A stretch of 14,119 nucleotides of DNA from Abditibacteriaceae bacterium. Its GTDB lineage: Bacteria; Armatimonadota; Abditibacteriia; Abditibacteriales; Abditibacteriaceae. The notes under the pieces were generated by a model, which was not told the origin of the DNA, did not search any database, and was given only the letters and a program-made list of their open reading frames with translations. Made by a program: the position numbers and the translations under genes. This document shows positions 8,836 to 14,119 of the stretch, one piece after another. Within the stretch, counting starts at the first letter, position 1. Each line of letters begins with the position of its first letter. Location: contig JANPJS010000265.1 of NCBI GenBank assembly GCA_031425655.1, forward strand, positions 1 to 14,119, read 5' to 3'.

Positions 8836-11369
8836 AGTCGTGGGTCAACCGGCTCGCTTTCCAGCGCCAGCACGCCGAAAACGCACTCGTGAACGCGGCG
8901 CAGCGGCTCGCGGCGCACGAAGCGTTCTAAGGCCTCTATGCCCAGCGCGAACTCGCGCAAAGCTAACGAGCGTTTGGCTCCCAAGCCGCGCGAACGCAAT
9001 CGCTCTAAGTTCTCCGGCGCCGAATATTCCGGCCCGTAAATAATGCGCAGATATTCGCGGCCCCGGCACTTGACCGCTGGCTGCGCCATGCCGCGCTTGC
9101 CCTGCGCCACGAAATCGAACGGCTTGACGACCATGCCTTCGCCGCCGCGTGCGGTTAATTCTTCCCACCAGCCGATGCCTGCTGCGCGCGAAGCCTCGTC
9201 GGCCAAATCAACGATGAGAAACGGCGTGGCCAAAAGCATTTCGTCGGTTTCGCAAAGGCGGCGCAACGTTTCCATGTGCCAGATGTGGTCGCGGTCGGCG
9301 TGAACCCGGCCTTCACTGGCCAGCAGGTGAAACGGCGCTAATTTGAAATCTTCCAGCGTCGTAACTTCCCAGCAGTAGCGCCTATAAGCACTTCGATAAA
9401 GCGCAGCCATTTCTCCGCGTGCGGCGATGGATTGCTGCAATTCGGCCACGTCCAGACCGCGCGAAGCCGCTTGCGCCAATGCCGCCGAAACTTCGACTAA
9501 TGCGCCCGTTGCCGCCGCGCCGACGGGCGCATATTGGCGCTGCAACAATTCCTGCGCTTTGGCCGACCACGGCATCAATTCGCAGTCGAGACACAGCCAA
9601 TCGGTGCATAGCTCGTCCCACAAACCGGACGCATCAGCAGCTTTGCGAATGCGTTCCAATAGCGCGGCTTCGAGATTGGCATCGCTAAAGAATCGGCGGC
9701 CTGTTCGCGTGTAAACGATGCCGATTTCCTCGCTGAGAATGCCAAACCGCCGCTTGGCCGCCTCCGCGTTGCGGCAGACGACAACCACGGCGCGCGAACC
9801 CATGTGCTTTTCCTCGCAAATGACGCGCGGCGCATCCTGCGATTGGTAATAAGCAAAGGCTTCGGCGGGATGTTCGAGCAGGCCCGGTTGGCGGCTGGTT
9901 TCGCTGGGCGACATGGTGGGTGGCAGATAAATCAGCCATTTTGGGTCGGCGGCGAAGCGGCTCATCACTTCTAAAGCCGCAATGGCGTTTTCTTCACGAA
10001 TCGTCACGTTATGATGCAGCCGCGTCTCGACGAGGCGTTTGCCGAGCACGTCGGCCATATCGAGCATATCGTCATTTTCCTGCTGCGCGCTGACCGCATT
10101 GGCGACAGGCAAAAACGGGCGTGCCGGTTCGGCGTAAACACGCGCGGCGTCCACCGAAATAAGCTCCATTTCGGGATAACGCAGCGCCGTAAGCTTGCCG
10201 CCGAAAACGCAGCCGGTATCAATGTTGATGGTGTGATTGAGCCATTCGGGTTCGGGCACCGGCGTATGGCCATAAACGACTGTGGCGCGGCCCCTGTATT
10301 CCGCCGCCCAGTTGTAGCGAATGGGAAGTCCGAATTCATCGGTTTCGCCTGTGGTTTCGCCGAAAAGCGCGAAGGCGCGCACCGTTCCCGAACCGCGTCC
10401 CTGCAAGGCTTCTTTCATCCCGGCGTGTGCCACCACGAGCTTGCCGTCGTCGAACACGTAATGGCTCACCAGACCGTCCAAAAAGCTCTTGACGCGCTGC
10501 TTCCATTCGTCCGATTCGCCTTCCAACTGCGCCAGCGTTTCGGCCAAACCGTGCGCGATTTTTACGTCTTTGCCGTCTAACTTGCGCAAAAGTTTGATGT
10601 CGTGGTTGCCGGGCACGCAGAAGGCGCTGCCCTGCCCGACCATGTCCATCACGATTTTCAAAACATCCGTCACGCGCGGCCCGCGATCTACCAAATCGCC
10701 GACGAAAACGGCTTTGCGCCCTTGCGGATGCTGCCAGACACCGGCTTCATCGGGCGCATAAGCAAGCTGATTGAGCAGCAATTCCAACTCGTCCGCACAG
10801 CCATGAACATCGCCGATAATGTCGAAGGGGCCATGTTCGAGCTTTTTGTTGTTCCACAACGGCTGCCGTTCCAGCGTGGCCGCTTCGATTTCTTCGACCG
10901 ACGAGAGCACAAAAACATGGCGAAAACCTTCGCGCTTGAGGTTGTGCAGCGAGCGCCGTAGCTGCTGCGTGTGCGCGCGAATGACGTGCGGCCCAAAAGT
11001 GCGGTCGGGCCGATTGGCGTTGCGTTCGTAGCAAAGTCTTTCGGGCAAATCCAAAACGATGGCGACCGGCAAGCAGTGATATTCACGCGCCAAAGCCACC
11101 AAAGGCGCGCGACTTTCGCGCTGCACATTCGTGGCATCCACAACTGTCAGCAACCCGGCGGCGAGACGTTTGGCCGCGACGAAGTGCAGCACCTCGAAAG
11201 CGTCTTTAGTAGCGCTCTGACTGTTTTCGTCGTCAGAAACCAAACCGCGACAAAAATCGGACGACAGCACCTCGGTCGGCTTGAAATGCCGCCGCGCGAA
11301 CGACGATTTTCCGGCGCCGGATGCGCCAATCAGCACGACTAACGACAGTTCGGGAAGAGTCAATTTCAT
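8832..11369 (-). CDS. pnkp: Bacterial polynucleotide kinase-phosphatase-ligase (Pnkp) of the Pnkp-Hen1 RNA repair system
   Basis: Kinase: GASGAGKS, DATN, RNANR. Metallophosphoesterase: GDVHG, GDLVDRG, GNHD, HAG, GHTP. Ligase/adenylyltransferase: EEKHMGSR, EGMVVKP, KCRGREYLRIIYG and C-terminal DPRL. ATG at 11369 (MKLTLPE), 845 aa. Confidence 0.96.
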   Translation of the reverse strand: MKLTLPELSLVVLIGASGAGKSSFARRHFKPTEVLSSDFCRGLVSDDENSQSATKDAFEVLHFVAAKRLAAGLLTVVDATNVQRESRAPLVALAREYHCLPVAIVLDLPERLCYERNANRPDRTFGPHVIRAHTQQLRRSLHNLKREGFRHVFVLSSVEEIEAATLERQPLWNNKKLEHGPFDIIGDVHGCADELELLLNQLAYAPDEAGVWQHPQGRKAVFVGDLVDRGPRVTDVLKIVMDMVGQGSAFCVPGNHDIKLLRKLDGKDVKIAHGLAETLAQLEGESDEWKQRVKSFLDGLVSHYVFDDGKLVVAHAGMKEALQGRGSGTVRAFALFGETTGETDEFGLPIRYNWAAEYRGRATVVYGHTPVPEPEWLNHTINIDTGCVFGGKLTALRYPEMELISVDAARVYAEPARPFLPVANAVSAQQENDDMLDMADVLGKRLVETRLHHNVTIREENAIAALEVMSRFAADPKWLIYLPPTMSPSETSRQPGLLEHPAEAFAYYQSQDAPRVICEEKHMGSRAVVVVCRNAEAAKRRFGILSEEIGIVYTRTGRRFFSDANLEAALLERIRKAADASGLWDELCTDWLCLDCELMPWSAKAQELLQRQYAPVGAAATGALVEVSAALAQAASRGLDVAELQQSIAARGEMAALYRSAYRRYCWEVTTLEDFKLAPFHLLASEGRVHADRDHIWHMETLRRLCETDEMLLATPFLIVDLADEASRAAGIGWWEELTARGGEGMVVKPFDFVAQGKRGMAQPAVKCRGREYLRIIYGPEYSAPENLERLRSRGLGAKRSLALREFALGIEALERFVRREPLRRVHECVFGVLALESEPVDPRL

Positions 11370-11385
11370 AGCTCTGGGAGGTAGG

Positions 11386-11529
11386 ACTTTCAATGGGACA
11401 CGGATTTCACGGAAACGGCCACGGATTTACACGGATTTTTCTTTGAGATTTGAGATAAGCCTTGAAAAATCTGCGTTTATCCGTGTAAATCCGTGGCCGT
11501 TTCCGCGAAATCCGTGTCCCATCGAAAGT
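11386..11529. repeat. 144-bp palindromic element (51-bp inverted arms, 42-nt spacer) between hen1 and pnkp
   Basis: Arm 11386-11436 matches the reverse complement of 11479-11529 at 49/51 positions. Internal 9-10-nt units CACGGATTT(A/C) and ATCCGTG. Confidence 0.95.
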
Positions 11530-11540
11530 ATTCGATGCCG

Positions 11541-12929
11541 TTAATTATTCGTGAAAATTCCCATTTGGCTTGGTGCGCCGACTTCTTCATCTTCGGGGCC
11601 GATGGGAGCGAAATTGACAGCGTAGCCAAAACGCGCGGCGACTTCCTTAGACCATGCCTCAAATTCAGCGCGTGTCCATTCAAACCGGTGATCTTTGTGG
11701 CGCATCTTGCCCGCCGGCAGCGATTCCCATTGAACATTGTATTCCGCGTTCGGCGTAGTGATAACGATTGTTGCGGGCCGCGCGAACTCGAAAACCGCAC
11801 GCGAAAAGGCCGCCAATCTCGCCGGATCGAGATGCTCGATAACCTCGACAATCGCTGCTGCGTCGAAGCCGCGCAGCCGCTCGTCGCGGTAAGTGAGCGC
11901 GCCTTGCAACAGTTTCACGCGCGCCTGCTGCATCGGCGGCAAACGCTGCAAGCGTTCGTTTGCGATTTGCAGACAGCGATGCGACACGTCCATGCCGACA
12001 ATTTCCTCGAATTGCTTGTCTTTGATGAGCATTCGCAGCAAACGTCCTTCACCGCAGCCCAGATCGAGCACGCGCCGCGCGCCCGATGCTTTCAGCACGT
12101 TCTGGACGGTCGCAAGACGCTGTTCGTGCAGACTGAGCGGCTTTTCGACAGCGGCTTCTTCGGCGTCGTGCGCGGCCTCAACTTCGTCGGCATCCGGCGC
12201 TTCATCGCGCGTTAATTGCTCCACGGCGGCGCGCATCAAATGGCGCTGGCGGCGCAAATAGCGGCTGACGATAACCTCGCGCTCCGGGTGCGCCGGCAGC
12301 CAGCCTGCGCCGTGGCGCAGCAGCTTGTCTACTTCGTCGTCGCCTACCCAATAATGCTTTTCATCATCAAGCACGGGAATCAGCACGTAAAGATGGCTCA
12401 GCAAATCCGACAATCGCACCGTGGCTTTTAGCTCGATTGTGAAATAGGGACTTGGCCCCCACTGCGGAAATGTCTCGTCCAATAACTCGTTTTGCGCCGT
12501 CAATTCGTAGCCGAGCGGCTCGAAAAGTCGGCGCAAAAAGGCTTCGCCGCTGCGACACGGCACCATCGTCAAACGCGCCCGCAACGGCAACGCTTCAAGG
12601 GCCAACTCAGGACGCTCTTTGCTGCGTCCGCTCATCGCTTCGCGCAGCACTTGGGCCAGAGCCACGCTGAGAAACGAGGACGCGACGTAAGGACGGTCGT
12701 TGACGTATTGTTCCAGCGCGCGATTCTCGCCGCGCCGGCCCCGCACCAGCCCGACTGTGTCCACATCCAACAGCAACGCCGCTGTGCAGCGCTGCTCACT
12801 CGCTTCGGGATAGAAAACGTGAACGCGCCCGAAAGACGCCGAAAAGCTTTGCAGCCGCGCCGGATTCTTGTGCAGCAAGTAGCCTAAATCGGTGGCCGGA
12901 ACGTGTGTCGTGGTAATTGTTAGCAGCAT
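11541..12929 (-). CDS. hen1: 3'-terminal RNA ribose 2'-O-methyltransferase Hen1 (bacterial, with N-terminal ligase-activating domain)
   Basis: N-terminal MLLTITTT..PATDLGYLLHKNP, YVNDRPY and KHYWV. C-terminal methyltransferase DLGCGEG, EVIEH, TPNAEYN and RHKDHRFEWTRAEF. Lies directly upstream of pnkp, as in known operons. Confidence 0.96.
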   Translation of the reverse strand: MLLTITTTHVPATDLGYLLHKNPARLQSFSASFGRVHVFYPEASEQRCTAALLLDVDTVGLVRGRRGENRALEQYVNDRPYVASSFLSVALAQVLREAMSGRSKERPELALEALPLRARLTMVPCRSGEAFLRRLFEPLGYELTAQNELLDETFPQWGPSPYFTIELKATVRLSDLLSHLYVLIPVLDDEKHYWVGDDEVDKLLRHGAGWLPAHPEREVIVSRYLRRQRHLMRAAVEQLTRDEAPDADEVEAAHDAEEAAVEKPLSLHEQRLATVQNVLKASGARRVLDLGCGEGRLLRMLIKDKQFEEIVGMDVSHRCLQIANERLQRLPPMQQARVKLLQGALTYRDERLRGFDAAAIVEVIEHLDPARLAAFSRAVFEFARPATIVITTPNAEYNVQWESLPAGKMRHKDHRFEWTRAEFEAWSKEVAARFGYAVNFAPIGPEDEEVGAPSQMGIFTNN

Positions 12930-12935
12930 TTCAAA

Positions 12936-12941
12936 ATCTTA
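12936..12941 (-). promoter_or_regulatory. Possible -10 element for a leaderless hen1 transcript
   Basis: The minus strand reads ..TTTA-TAAGAT-TTTGAA-ATG: a TAnnAT hexamer 6 nt before the ATG, with no Shine-Dalgarno. No convincing -35 is present. Confidence 0.3.
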
Positions 12942-12984
12942 TAAACGCGCACTTTAATTTGGTTTGCGCTGTAATTTCCATCGG

Positions 12985-13983
12985 CTAACGCGGCGGCTGG
13001 GCCATCAATTCCTCAATGATGGATGCGATTTCCAACGGCTTCATTTTCCTGACCAAGTAACTGTGTTCTTTGCCCGGCGCGGCACGCCATTCGTTGGAGC
13101 CGTCGGCGTTGATATGATTGGAGCCTCGCGCTTCGATGTCCCAGTAAGCGCCGAGGCCACGCGCCGCGACTAAAACCGCGCTTTGATCCCAGCTTTCGCG
13201 CTGCGTTTTGTTTGGCCCCAGATAAAGCTCGTAAGCGCGGCGCACCAAATTGCCCGGCGGCAGTTTTTCGCACAGCGTGTGGCCGGTCAGAATATCTTTG
13301 CCGATTTCCCAGCCGCTGAAAATCACGGGCGTTGGCCACTTGTTGACGGCTTTAACCGACGCCGGCGCATCATATTTGAAGTTGGTTTCCAATCCGCGCG
13401 GATAAATGCCGCCCATGCACACCCATTGCTTCACTTTCTGCTGCACTAATTCGCGGCCATTCAGGGCGCTGCTTTGATCCGGCTTGGAATCGAGCAGCGC
13501 GGCCACGTTGGTGAGATAACCGACCGTCACGATGACGACGCTTTTGTCGGCTTCGGCAGCTAAAATCTTGCGATAAAGCGCGACGGCATCGGAGGCTGCT
13601 CCGGCTGATTTCAGGTCGTGCGGAAACTCTTCGGCGATTTGCCGCGCGTAGCTCGAATTTCTCACCACGCCTTTGCCTTTTACGGTTCCAATTGGAAGAT
13701 TGGGCCGCCCGTAAAAAGTATTGATGGCGTCCATGCACGGCACCGACCACGGATAGGAAACCGAAACCATCGTGGCCAGGATTTCGATTTCGCCCCGGTC
13801 GGCTAAAGCGTGCAGCATCGCCGCCGCGCCGACATCATCCACGTCGGTTTGCATATCGGTGTCGAAGATGATGCGCACCGGTTCGCGTTTGTTTTCCTGC
13901 GACTGAAGGGCTGTGTTCATCATGCATCCTTGAAAAAGCAGCGCCAAAACAAACAGGTTTTTCGATGATTTAAAGTTTTTCAT
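12985..13983 (-). CDS. Inosine/uridine-preferring nucleoside hydrolase-family protein, probably exported (possible lipoprotein)
   Basis: IIFDTDMQTDVDD aspartate cluster, VGYLTN, CMGG, ETNF and SWD. The N-terminus MKNFKSSKNLFVLALLFQGC looks like a signal peptide with a non-canonical lipobox. Confidence 0.85.
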   Translation of the reverse strand: MKNFKSSKNLFVLALLFQGCMMNTALQSQENKREPVRIIFDTDMQTDVDDVGAAAMLHALADRGEIEILATMVSVSYPWSVPCMDAINTFYGRPNLPIGTVKGKGVVRNSSYARQIAEEFPHDLKSAGAASDAVALYRKILAAEADKSVVIVTVGYLTNVAALLDSKPDQSSALNGRELVQQKVKQWVCMGGIYPRGLETNFKYDAPASVKAVNKWPTPVIFSGWEIGKDILTGHTLCEKLPPGNLVRRAYELYLGPNKTQRESWDQSAVLVAARGLGAYWDIEARGSNHINADGSNEWRAAPGKEHSYLVRKMKPLEIASIIEELMAQPPR

Positions 13984-14119
13984 CTACCTACCGGACAGTT
14001 TAGGTAAGGCATGAAGTGGGACAAGGGCTTTTGGGAGATTTTGTTGGGCCACAAGCCGTTCGAGCCAGTTCCAGCCGATGCGAAACAGGCTCAGGTCGCG
14101 CCGGTCGTTGCGGTCAACG
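13984..14119 (-). mobile_element. 3' end of an IS4-family-like transposase and right end of the element (partial)
   Basis: Hand translation 14118 to 13984: VDRNDRRDLSLFRIGWNWLERLVAQQNLPKALVPLHALPKLSGR*. The RRDLSLFRIG motif and KLSG terminus, with the stop inside the presumed terminal repeat (AAACTGTCCGGTAGGTAG), match my recollection of IS4-family elements. Confidence 0.7.

Noticed and set aside
11370..11393. TTG start extending Pnkp (MKVLPPRA)
   Set aside because: It lies within the palindrome arm. ATG 11369 gives the family-typical N-terminus.
11386..11529. CRISPR array or simple intrinsic terminator interpretation of the palindrome
   Set aside because: There is no repeat-spacer periodicity and no cas genes. 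The stem is far longer than a terminator, has no U-tract on the mRNA strand, and sits inside a two-gene functional unit.
1..14119. Composite transposon carrying the whole window
   Set aside because: The flanking IS appear to be from different families with unrelated ends, and the cargo includes the housekeeping gene prfC.

Overview
GC-rich bacterial window bounded at both edges by partial insertion sequences that the ORF track misses: an IS701-like transposase 5' end on the left and an IS4-like transposase 3' end on the right. Between them, in order: (1) an enolase-superfamily acid-sugar dehydratase (+); (2) a bidirectional terminator; (3) a 1648-aa secreted beta-helix/CSLREA/choice-of-anchor-Q repeat protein (-); (4) a prfC-HAD phosphatase pair (+); (5) a convergent minus-strand run of nucleoside hydrolase-like gene, hen1 and pnkp, the last two being the bacterial Pnkp-Hen1 RNA repair system. 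The most unusual element is a 144-bp palindrome wedged between hen1 and pnkp. It has 51-bp arms built from CACGGATTT-type units, both arm mismatches are G-U wobbles on the mRNA strand, and a small competing hairpin overlaps its base. A degenerate relative lies upstream of the dehydratase gene. All calls come from motif recognition by eye; no database searches were run.
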